Source: Candidatus Poribacteria bacterium (GTDB taxonomy: Bacteria > Poribacteria > WGA-4E > WGA-3G). From it: 64,000 bases of DNA. The translations under genes and the position numbers were made by a program. The stretch is taken from positions 8,258 to 72,257 of the forward strand of contig PYJC01000068.1 in the NCBI GenBank assembly GCA_003635255.1, written 5' to 3'. Shown here one piece after another: positions 22,701 to 29,558 of this stretch (position 1 is the first letter of the stretch; each line of letters starts with the position of its first letter). The notes beneath the pieces were generated by a model, which saw only the letters and a program-made list of their open reading frames with translations, searched no databases and was not told where the DNA came from.

Positions 22701-23237
22701 ACGGATGATAGTGCGCTTGATGAAACTACTTTTCAAGTCAACTTTGGGAGTGTGTATGAAACGCTAGAACTTTTGGATCCAAATAGTTACACCGAAACCT
22801 TCGATCCAGATGTACCCGCGGATGCCGCTATCACGTATGCACCGGACCTTGCCAACGGGGAATATCAACTCCAAGTTACCGCTGCAGATACCAGTGGGAA
22901 TATAGGAGAACTTGTTACCGCCTTCACCTTAAATGAGGAAGTCACACTCAGTGAGGTATTCAATGTTCCAAATCCTACGTATGATGGAAAGACCTTTTTC
23001 ACTTATCACCTCGCGCAGGCACCAGATACTGTCACAATCAAAATTTACACTATTAATGGCAGACTTCTCCGAACGCTTGATGATGCAAGGGCAAACCGAG
23101 GCACCAACGAAACCGGTTGGGATGGCAAAGATGAAGATGGGATACGGTGTGCTAATGGCGTGTATCTTTATCGCGTCACTGCCCACACGGAGAATAGAAA
23201 AATACAACAGGTCGGAAAACTCGCCATTTTACGATAA
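16773..23237 (+). CDS. Large secreted peptidase C25 (gingipain-like) with propeptide, Ig-like domains and C-terminal FlgD-Ig/sorting-like domain
   Basis: Signal peptide; propeptide (G.PRLP...INPVQYNP); C25 motifs DYVVITH, IYNEFS.G, YVLLVGDA, IGRL, YTGHG (catalytic His), TTTCLNG (Cys), LFGDP; C-terminus NVPNP...IKIYTINGRLLRTL...WDGKDE.G...ANGVYLY. Confidence 0.85.
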   Translation: MKKTLIFFAILLTFSTVPMLAAVGQTQSGSLPVTGNKVPPLQMLTTTADTFTARFTLPELKITTRAAATVDDARDIGTEIHFAGANWTLDVGKPRLPIYTQRIGIPIAGTPVVTIIQARSETRTIGKVRVTPDDPVFPTLVSENPPVSQKFYPTHLVEVIPSGLVRDQRIGSLQINPVQYNPGTKQLKIFASVTFRVHFPGAVTAGGTVPTVPLSTRESPRVFEDMFQSTLRNYEQAKPWRKQRQSLYGGLTDRNHAPSAPTPITANTRRFKISVIKTDLYRITYNNIKAHTGIEPETINLDTLQLESSGVKQGLYIFDENENNTLDPGEQIVFYGRALADNKFTDENVYWLRFGLIGEPAAGLETSRVTTRDVTPKLKNLVVPTAFFARTRFEENRHHDVLNGNDVKSELADHYFGTAFRGGDRKDFPIELPNAAPRLDQRLEESKAILRIKFQGASRRGNALHRAHIIFNNVQLGRSEQWKRQTQQVATRDILHKRIFNNETNYMRIEARDRNDTPPGSYDFYIDWYELDYWRNFQAERNRLEFNTKTEPRNRGQVQYRVGNIFSEKIDVYQLDENGISSKLIGGEVTRAGASRQIRFEDTVNQYTRYFVISRGAYQSINALVPTPPTPLRNPANQVDYVVITHSTFTESIEPLVEFRRSQGLTTMVVDIDDIYNEFSDGLFNPFAIQKFLRYAYNNWQQPAPTYVLLVGDAHYDYKRATVEIHRREFGETYNLYPIFVPTYHGWAPESGETSMDQRFVNVSGDDPLPDMLIGRLSVQTPKTLDDMVEKIINYEKNLRTGLWQGTLIQVADDHTDKPNDSVFEESRDELIQEIIPFGYDTRQIYLRKVKSPELTRSMIKSAINKGALAIEYTGHGGIQTWADESIFRIEDVVNLRNSYLPFVITTTCLNGQFDKPQQAGNFCLSEQFLFGKYGAIAALSATRLTYGSANAEFDRDLFEAFSRVAPESPELATKSIPLPPTIGHIIADAKISFLNRIRNPSWIPGTEQYTLFGDPASRLARPQLNVKVELERVALSSQHQIIIKANEVGIVRESEIGGTGSLSFTRIADFSTEAFSAFAIFANNFDDNLRNDITLRTGGRIWQGEYGTIRIDVPNRALPGGGIARIFAFDDTHAAIGGTQFWVDSPVLYDLQETLDTKITDTLNISALVLDDKGAAGIRSIRVVWDNTDDFEVMTTPMVPARTPLGDVPPGGQWYELETPIFLPRAGIQIRYQVFITDSSGHEIIIPSKFERNIVRAPLGPNIAIGTDKTDRAPIRYVFDEKKDGYQLVAELINNGGRPVIADIEVVFAEGNPDPDGDFIVDEDANILGTVIVKPTDWVEGTYVWQRATAILDLKAPLKTGPHKIYVLADPENPDIDDDIADGNVEEARVFDNKQHVSFVVNDFNYLPEEELLAFSLDRVFDIHFPPNVLEVETRGTAGIPLSVTSQLPTDPFQPDLHFAPIPRVAALRRGLIRQGTAVAQYYEPAFRTNVSVLAKPAELKFRFDVSALEDIVRKETEIQPENPAFEYEFTQVTNQVAIYAWQTDLASRAKQDATSTPAEVDVKLSAWRRLPSQINYTPEGDFLLENYVTPTQIENASEQKLETDAITINSNLTPAGTWIIMFLDANEYEVFFKRKGVQRTEIEKLDQTGQLDNPFRVEVYGLELRIPSQENPSSDVNYAFEFADILAFKTNNNPQGDIILEGTWNANLGNGTATVNNKLGPKKEFETGDWFLFFIDPNYYELRDASNEPVHYPNGVKVHGKVNEPLFLSHLGFEIIVNAGPEEFGFGDKVKFSSARVATITTEVSELTRFALMRSTDNQPPAFNLWVDGVQPQTGSVIPPRPAISIVIEDANGVDVEFFTFDKQKNDGPFEPVTDYQLRTQSSIDTVPIDYRPILFPGEYTFNIGAQDFNGNAIGGDAGIVSYRFVVIEEPDITPPTIEVQVTGSGTGAADGLLDESLTNGAVLTEQPRFKIVLTDDSALDETTFQVNFGSVYETLELLDPNSYTETFDPDVPADAAITYAPDLANGEYQLQVTAADTSGNIGELVTAFTLNEEVTLSEVFNVPNPTYDGKTFFTYHLAQAPDTVTIKIYTINGRLLRTLDDARANRGTNETGWDGKDEDGIRCANGVYLYRVTAHTENRKIQQVGKLAILR

Positions 23238-23286
23238 GAATAGCTACCAGTGTGCTTCGCAGCGAGAACGAAAGCCGGTGATACAT

Positions 23287-23616
23287 CTATTGTAAGGGCG
23301 AATAATCTGTCGGTTCTATAATCTTTGAACTCGCTACATTTACCAGCGGACCACCGATTTCCGTCAGACGTTTCGCCGCTTGCCATTCGGGATCGGCGAT
23401 AAACGCATCCCACGCATGTTGATAATGTCCTAAGTCTTCAAACGCCAACATGTAGATAAGTTCTGTGGTCGTTGCCTCACCGATAGCAGTTTCCCAAAAT
23501 CCGATGACTTTCATACCGTGCTTCTCAAACAGCGGAACGGTGATATTGGCAAATCGGTCATTCAAATTTTTCATCTTCCCCGGCACAACTTGATACGTTC
23601 GCAATTCATAAATCAT
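23287..23616 (-). CDS. NIPSNAP family protein
   Basis: MIYELRTY...PGK....F......LFEKHG...IGFW...F.ADPEW...L.PT.YSPLQ pattern. Confidence 0.9.
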   Translation of the reverse strand: MIYELRTYQVVPGKMKNLNDRFANITVPLFEKHGMKVIGFWETAIGEATTTELIYMLAFEDLGHYQHAWDAFIADPEWQAAKRLTEIGGPLVNVASSKIIEPTDYSPLQ

Positions 23617-23804
23617 TTTTTTAATTTTCCTTGCGGTTCGGTCAGGCAGGTTTCGCGAAAAACGTTCCTCTCCGTATATCCAGCCCGGCCCGTTGGTTGG
23701 GCTTACGCGCTTTTTCTATCTCAGATTTACCAGCCATCAGTGAAGAGAGACTCGAATAGTCAAACAACTTCTTTAACTGATAACTGATAACCGACAACTA
23801 TTCC

Positions 23805-24488
23805 TCACAGAATCCCGTATTTATCATAAACCTCGCGCAGTGTTGCACCGGCTCGGAGTTCGTCGCGAGTACGGTTCTCGCCGCTCACCTTTTCCAGCGC
23901 GGCTTCAATCACTGTTGTTTCCACTGCTTGTGGGATAATGACAACGCCATCTGCATCACCGAACACAATATCCCCAGGATTAACCGTGACACCGCCACAC
24001 TCAATCGGAACGTTATACGCGATCACATCGCCGCGTCCGTTAGAGTCAACAGGCGACAGCCCCGTCGTAAACACTGGAAACCCCATCGCCAGGATCTGGC
24101 GCGCATCTCGGATAAATCCGTCAATGACAGCACCTCGCGCACCTCGCGCGAGTGCCGCCGTTGAGAGAAGTTCGCCCCAAAAGCAGATTCGAGTACTCTC
24201 ATTAGTTGAGCAGACAAGCACATCGTCCTGTTTGAGGCTATCCACCGCCGCGATTTCCTGCTGATACGGCTCATCTGGCACCTCGTAGACCTCTACACAC
24301 AACACCGGCATCGCACGACCTACCACGACCGTTGTTGGAGTAAGGGGACGGATGGTGTGTCGCAGGACTTGTTCGCGGTAACCGGCTGCGTCCAATGCGT
24401 CCGAAACCACAGCAGCGTATAACTGCTCTTTCATCATATCAAACAATTCCGTATCGTTAGACCACTGTCTATTGTTTTCGTTTTCCAT
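23805..24488 (-). CDS. RraA family / HMG-CHA aldolase-like protein
   Basis: VSDALD, WGELLSTAA..RGARGAVIDG..RD, V.PGDIVFGDADGVV.IP. Confidence 0.88.
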   Translation of the reverse strand: MENENNRQWSNDTELFDMMKEQLYAAVVSDALDAAGYREQVLRHTIRPLTPTTVVVGRAMPVLCVEVYEVPDEPYQQEIAAVDSLKQDDVLVCSTNESTRICFWGELLSTAALARGARGAVIDGFIRDARQILAMGFPVFTTGLSPVDSNGRGDVIAYNVPIECGGVTVNPGDIVFGDADGVVIIPQAVETTVIEAALEKVSGENRTRDELRAGATLREVYDKYGIL

Positions 24489-24494
24489 AGTTTT

Positions 24495-24632
24495 CCTTAA
24501 AGTCCCCCTGATAAGGGGCGGGGAATGCCCATAAGGCATTCATACCATTGATTCTTTAGGGGGTTTAAAGGGCGGAAATTTCCACGTTTTGCATCGAAAT
24601 GTCCAATATTTCCTTAATTTGCGTAAGTTCTA
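24495..24632. repeat. Repeat element with CCCCTGATAAGGGG hairpin, TTTAGGGGGTTT and terminal TGCGTAAGTTC
   Basis: Near-identical modules at 63141-63240; terminal motif also at 26612-26692. Confidence 0.7.
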
Positions 24633-24635
24633 ACC

Positions 24636-25163
24636 TTAATAATTCTCGTAACCCACTTCTTGGAGACGCGCTGCTTTCTCGGCAACACCATCACTCAATT
24701 TTGCTTTATATGCCAACAACTTTGCCTCCAATTCGGGGAATTGGAGTGCCAAAATTTGGACAGCAAATAGTCCTGCATTTCTCGCACCACCAGAGCCAAT
24801 TGCCATTGTACCGACAGGAATGCCCGGAGGCATCTGGACTGTTGCATAGAGCGCGTCCACGCCGTTGAGGGGTCCACCGTCAATCGGCACACCGATAACC
24901 GGCAGGGTCGTATGCGCTGCGATGACACCGGCAAGATGTGCTGCACGTCCCGCACCAGCAATAATGACCTTTCCACCTTCCGCTTTAATCCTTTCTGTCC
25001 AGGCCATCGTCCGTTCCGGCGAACGGTGCGCCGAGGAGATTGTTATTTCAAATGGAACTTCAAATTCCTCTAAAACCTTCGCGGCTTCTGCCATCTTTTC
25101 CAAATCAGAATCACTCCCCATCACAATACCAACAAGGGGAGTTTTGTGTGCTTGTAACGACAT
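24636..25163 (-). CDS. purE: N5-carboxyaminoimidazole ribonucleotide mutase
   Basis: GIVMGSDSD, SAHRSP, AGAG.AAHLAG, VQMP.GIPVGT. Confidence 0.97.
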   Translation of the reverse strand: MSLQAHKTPLVGIVMGSDSDLEKMAEAAKVLEEFEVPFEITISSAHRSPERTMAWTERIKAEGGKVIIAGAGRAAHLAGVIAAHTTLPVIGVPIDGGPLNGVDALYATVQMPPGIPVGTMAIGSGGARNAGLFAVQILALQFPELEAKLLAYKAKLSDGVAEKAARLQEVGYENY

Positions 25164-25185
25164 ATCTGTATCTGTACCTCTTTTA

Positions 25186-25324
25186 GAGTCGTCAGTTATC
25201 GGTTGAATTAGTTAACAGTTATCAGTTACAAGAGGTTTTGGATAGTTTCAAAGTCTCTTTCTGAAAACTGAAAGATTTTTCGCAGAAAAAATCGTACTGT
25301 TCTCACTGCGAAGCATGATAACTA
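25186..25324. repeat. Heptamer-based palindromic intergenic repeat
   Basis: gtcagttatcggtt...cagttatcagtt...ctgaaaactgaaagattttt...aaaaatcgtactg.tctcactgcga. Confidence 0.75.
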
Positions 25325-26113
25325 TTGATAAATAATATGTGAATTTCTTTCAATAATCAACGGTTCGGGACCACCTGACGGAAACTGCGCTGCCCACTCA
25401 TTCGGATCATAATCACGGGTGACGAAACAGGCGCGATGCACCGGAACCGCATGCTTCAGTCCGATGCGCGTTGCCATTTTCACACACCCATCATAGAACG
25501 GAAACTCACCCTCAGTCGGATGGTTCGTCAAGAAACCGATGTCCGGTTTATGTGCTGCCACCGCTGAAATTAGTGCGTCATGTTCTGCAAAATTGTTGAT
25601 AGGATCGCCGCTGAAGTAAAGCACTACACCGTTGCTGACTACGACGTATCCCAAATGCGTAACATCGGGAGGTGCTATGTCAGCAGATGCATCGCCATCA
25701 GGCGGTTTGGCATAGACGGCATGTACGGTGAGACCATTGAGTGCCGTTGATTCTCCAGCACGAATCTCCGAGACGTTCGCTGAGGCGACATCTGTTTCGG
25801 CGGAGATTTGGCGCACACTCTCTTCAGGCCCTACAAATCGTGTTTCATTGGAGGTTTCCCAGATACGGCGAATGGACTCTGGACAAGTGTGATCTCCGTG
25901 CGCGTGTGTTAAAAGCACAAAATCCGTCGGGAGTGCCGATTCATCAAGCGGTGGTTCGGTATGAATAAAACGATCAGCCGGACGTTCCCGTGGAAAATAG
26001 GAATCAATTTGGACAATAGTGCCAGCGGAATCTTTTAACGCAAAGCTGCTCTGTTCAAACCAATGAACAGCGACAGAACCCTCCGGCACCTTCAATTCAA
26101 CAAGTGGATGCAT
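25322..26113 (-). CDS. Metallo-beta-lactamase-fold hydrolase (UlaG/lactonase-like)
   Basis: THAHGDH, YFSGD and VPVH motifs. Confidence 0.85.
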   Translation of the reverse strand: MHPLVELKVPEGSVAVHWFEQSSFALKDSAGTIVQIDSYFPRERPADRFIHTEPPLDESALPTDFVLLTHAHGDHTCPESIRRIWETSNETRFVGPEESVRQISAETDVASANVSEIRAGESTALNGLTVHAVYAKPPDGDASADIAPPDVTHLGYVVVSNGVVLYFSGDPINNFAEHDALISAVAAHKPDIGFLTNHPTEGEFPFYDGCVKMATRIGLKHAVPVHRACFVTRDYDPNEWAAQFPSGGPEPLIIERNSHIIYQ

Positions 26114-26136
26114 ATTAGTTCCTTTTTTATTCGCTA

Positions 26137-26520
26137 TCAGCTATCGGCTGACGGCTGATTGCTTCTATAATAGAGATAGACCGCCAGCACTCCGGCGATT
26201 GATCCAAGCACATCTGCTACCCAGTCTGCAAGCGTAGCGAATCTACCCGGGACGAAGGTCTGATGCCATTCATCGCTTGCACCATAGAGAATTGAGAGCA
26301 CCGCTGCGACAAGCCATATAAGTTTTGATGGAATTACCGCGGGTTTCGCCTTTACAAAGGCTATGGCGAGCAGTCCACCCAGTATGGCATATTCAATAAA
26401 ATGGTAGAGTTTGTCAATCGTCAGCCACTCAAATTCTGGCATCGGCAGCGGCGGTTGCTCCAAAGACGAGACCCAAAAAATAAGTGCCATATACAGCAGA
26501 GACAGTATCCAATATCTCAT
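26137..26520 (-). CDS. VanZ family membrane protein
   Basis: DKLYHFIEYAILG, YGASDEWHQTFVPGR...DWVAD..G. Confidence 0.92.
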   Translation of the reverse strand: MRYWILSLLYMALIFWVSSLEQPPLPMPEFEWLTIDKLYHFIEYAILGGLLAIAFVKAKPAVIPSKLIWLVAAVLSILYGASDEWHQTFVPGRFATLADWVADVLGSIAGVLAVYLYYRSNQPSADS

Positions 26521-26720
26521 TAGTAGTTATCAGTTGTTAGTTGTCGGTTGTTGGTTAAGAGCGGTTTGTAACAATATCCCCAAACTCGGAGTACTCCAGA
26601 AAGCCTTAATCGGACTTACGCATTTTTTCATGAGTCTCTACATAATAAGCGGGGTTACAAAACCCCTATGCAAAGCGGATTGCGTAAGTTCTCCCTAACA
26701 ACTCGACTCTGCCATACATA

Positions 26721-26964
26721 TTATAGTGAAGCCCATAAATAAGTGGACATCTTTGTAGCATAAACTTTATGAAGATTAATTTATTAATTCGGTAATTCCC
26801 TATTCTGCACGAGGCGGGTGTCCCCCCCTGCAGGCGAGGATTGTATCCTCGCCTAATTACCGATATATTTTTTTAAACTTCATTTAGTTTATGCCAGTCT
26901 GAATGCCTGTTATAGGCATTCAGACTGTTTGAGAGTGCCCTATTAATTATAGGTTTTACTATAA
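26721..26964. mobile_element. Nested MITE-like composite (outer imperfect TIR; inner ATGAAG...CTTCAT TIR element 26769-26883)
   Basis: Outer ttatagtgaagcccataa / ttataggttttactataa. Inner atgaagattaa...tcggtaatt / aattaccgat...aaacttcat lies inside the palindrome gcataaact...agtttatgc. Confidence 0.6.
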
Positions 26965-26985
26965 AACTCGAGTTGATGGTTAAAA

Positions 26986-28950
26986 CTATTTCAGTGCATT
27001 GAGGATCGCGTCTACATCGTAGACACAGCCGCCCCATGTCCCACCACCGACCGATTGCAGTGCTGCCCAGAGTCGCGTGTCATCCGGCAACGCTTCATCC
27101 GACGAAAGATCAGGGCGAGGTTGTCGTTCCGCTAATACATGTTCACCCGCTTCGGCACCAAATTGATCGCTATCATGCCCAACCAGATCAATGCTTCCTA
27201 CCAGTTGCTGGGTATCAACCTCAATCTGGATTATGTCGCCATCAAGCACCTTCCCGATGGGACCACCAGCGAGTGCCTCCGGTCCAACGTGTCCAATACA
27301 TGCGCCCGTTGAGACTCCAGAGAACCGGGCATCCGTGATCAAGGCGATATTTTTACCGAATGAAAGGTGTTTCAGTGCTGCGGTTATCTGATAAACTTCC
27401 TCCATGCCTGTGCCTTGCGGACCGCGGCAGCACAAGACCATGATGTCTCCCGGTTGGATCTTAACTTTTCCCTGACCTTTGAGTGTCTGTATTGCCTCAG
27501 ATTCCCGAACAAAGACACGCGCCGGTCCCGTCATCCGATACACACCGTCTGCATCAACAACGCTCGGATCAATGGCAGTGCTTTTAATAACGGATCCTTC
27601 GGGGGCGAGGTTGCCACGGGGGAATGTGACGGTGCTTGTCAATCCCGCTACCTGCGCAGCATCTGGACTCAGGATGACATCATCCGGAGCAATGTTATCG
27701 CGTTCTTCCAAAGTTTCACGGACGCGCGCACGCCGTTCAGAGGCTGCCCACCAATCAAGGTTGCTACCCAGGGTTTCGCCTGTTGCCGTGAGTACGTCTT
27801 CATTGAGACATCCCAGTTCACGTAGATGGAGCATAACCTCAGGCACACCACCAGCAAGAAAAACACGGACTGTCGGATGTCCAACCGGTCCATTCGGTAG
27901 AACATCAACGAGACGCGGGACGCTTTGGTTCACTTTAGTCCAATCATCCACTGTCGGACGCTCAAGCCCAGCAGCGTGTGCAATCGCGGGAATATGTAGT
28001 AAGAGGTTGGTTGAACCGCCAAACGCTGCATGCACCACCATAGCATTCCGAATCGCATCCGGTGTAACGATGTCATTCATCGTCAACCCCTTCGCGGCTA
28101 AATTCACAACAGCACGCGCCGAACGGAGTCCCATATCCGACCAGATGTTCTGACCAGACGGTGCCAATGCCGTATGTGTCAAACTCATTCCCAACGCTTC
28201 ACCAACAACCTGTGAAGTTGCCGCAGTTCCCAAGAATTGACAGCCACCGCCGGGAGTTGCGCAGGCACGGCATCCCATGTCCGCTGCGTCTTGCAGGCTA
28301 ATCTCACCGTGTGCGAAACGCGCACCAATCGTCTGGATTTTCCCAGCGTCTTCGCCTGTGGTAGGGGGCAACGTCACGCCACCCGGCACGAGGACAGCTG
28401 GTAAACCTCGCATGGAGGCGAGTGCCATCATCATCGCAGGCAAGCCTTTATCACAAGTCGCAACACCGACAACGCCTTTTCGTGTCGGTAAAGAGCGGAT
28501 GAGTCGGCGGAAGATCTGCGCCGCATCGTTGCGGTAAGCGAGACTGTCCATCATCCCGACGGTACCTTGTGTCCTTCCATCGCACGGATCCGAACAATAA
28601 CCAGCAAACGGAATCGCTGCGAGTTTCTTCAATTCGTACGCGACCGCCTGCATGAGAAGTCCGACCTCCCAATGTCCTGTGTGATATCCGAGGGCAATCG
28701 GGCTGCCATCAGGGGCGCGGATACCCCCTTGTGTGCTGAGAATCAGAAATTCCTCTCGCCGCAGCTCCGCCGGAGCCCAACCCATAGCAGCATTGTGCGT
28801 CAAGCCAAATACATCGCCACTCGGTCGATTGAGAAGCATCTCCGCCGTGAGCGGCAGACTGCCTTCGGGACCGGTGGCGTGCGTCTGAATATCATAAATC
28901 TCGCTATCACCGGTTTCTAAGATGTCTGTGTAGTTAATCTGTTTTGCCAT
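26986..28950 (-). CDS. YjhG/YagF-family D-xylonate dehydratase (IlvD/Edd family)
   Basis: [54 protein letters not shown]. Confidence 0.9.
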   Translation of the reverse strand: MAKQINYTDILETGDSEIYDIQTHATGPEGSLPLTAEMLLNRPSGDVFGLTHNAAMGWAPAELRREEFLILSTQGGIRAPDGSPIALGYHTGHWEVGLLMQAVAYELKKLAAIPFAGYCSDPCDGRTQGTVGMMDSLAYRNDAAQIFRRLIRSLPTRKGVVGVATCDKGLPAMMMALASMRGLPAVLVPGGVTLPPTTGEDAGKIQTIGARFAHGEISLQDAADMGCRACATPGGGCQFLGTAATSQVVGEALGMSLTHTALAPSGQNIWSDMGLRSARAVVNLAAKGLTMNDIVTPDAIRNAMVVHAAFGGSTNLLLHIPAIAHAAGLERPTVDDWTKVNQSVPRLVDVLPNGPVGHPTVRVFLAGGVPEVMLHLRELGCLNEDVLTATGETLGSNLDWWAASERRARVRETLEERDNIAPDDVILSPDAAQVAGLTSTVTFPRGNLAPEGSVIKSTAIDPSVVDADGVYRMTGPARVFVRESEAIQTLKGQGKVKIQPGDIMVLCCRGPQGTGMEEVYQITAALKHLSFGKNIALITDARFSGVSTGACIGHVGPEALAGGPIGKVLDGDIIQIEVDTQQLVGSIDLVGHDSDQFGAEAGEHVLAERQPRPDLSSDEALPDDTRLWAALQSVGGGTWGGCVYDVDAILNALK

Positions 28951-28968
28951 TATTAGTTTTCACTCCTC

Positions 28969-29535
28969 CTATTCAAACAACTGAGCAACTGGGCATGTAA
29001 ACCCTTCAACGACATCTTCACCCGTCAATGTGTCTTCATAAGCCAGCAGCGTGAAATCTGTTTCGGAACGATAGACCATCACTGTCTTTGCGACCGGTTC
29101 GATAACCCAGACGAGTTGTGTTCCCGCTTTCAGATAGGCGAACGCTTTTTCAGTGATATCGTAGTGTTTGTCTGACGGTGAAACTATTTCAACGGCGAGG
29201 TCCGGGGGTACAGGCGACCCCTGACGCCTGTCCTCGGGCAGCCGGTTTGTTGAAACAAACGCAACATCTGGTTTCACGACGCGGTCCCCCAATTGAAACG
29301 TTGTTTCAGCAGTATACAGATGTCCCAACTGATGTGTATGAACATGTAAATCCAAATACCGAATCACCTTGATACTTATTTCACCATGTTCCATGGATGG
29401 AGGTGCCATAGGAACTAATTCTCCTTTTATATATTCATAACCCTCAAAGTCATTTTCAAGGAATTCCTCCAATGTCATTGTACGAGGTACTGGTATCTCC
29501 TGAATAGATTCAGGGTTGGTCTGCGAGTTATGCAT
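28969..29535 (-). CDS. Uma2 family (DUF820) PD-(D/E)xK endonuclease-like protein
   Basis: YEYIKGELV.M.PP...HG, KPDVAFVS, PPDLAVEIVSPS, Y..AG..LVWVI.P. Confidence 0.9.
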   Translation of the reverse strand: MHNSQTNPESIQEIPVPRTMTLEEFLENDFEGYEYIKGELVPMAPPSMEHGEISIKVIRYLDLHVHTHQLGHLYTAETTFQLGDRVVKPDVAFVSTNRLPEDRRQGSPVPPDLAVEIVSPSDKHYDITEKAFAYLKAGTQLVWVIEPVAKTVMVYRSETDFTLLAYEDTLTGEDVVEGFTCPVAQLFE

Positions 29536-29558
29536 CCGTTTCACCTCCCGTGTTGGGT

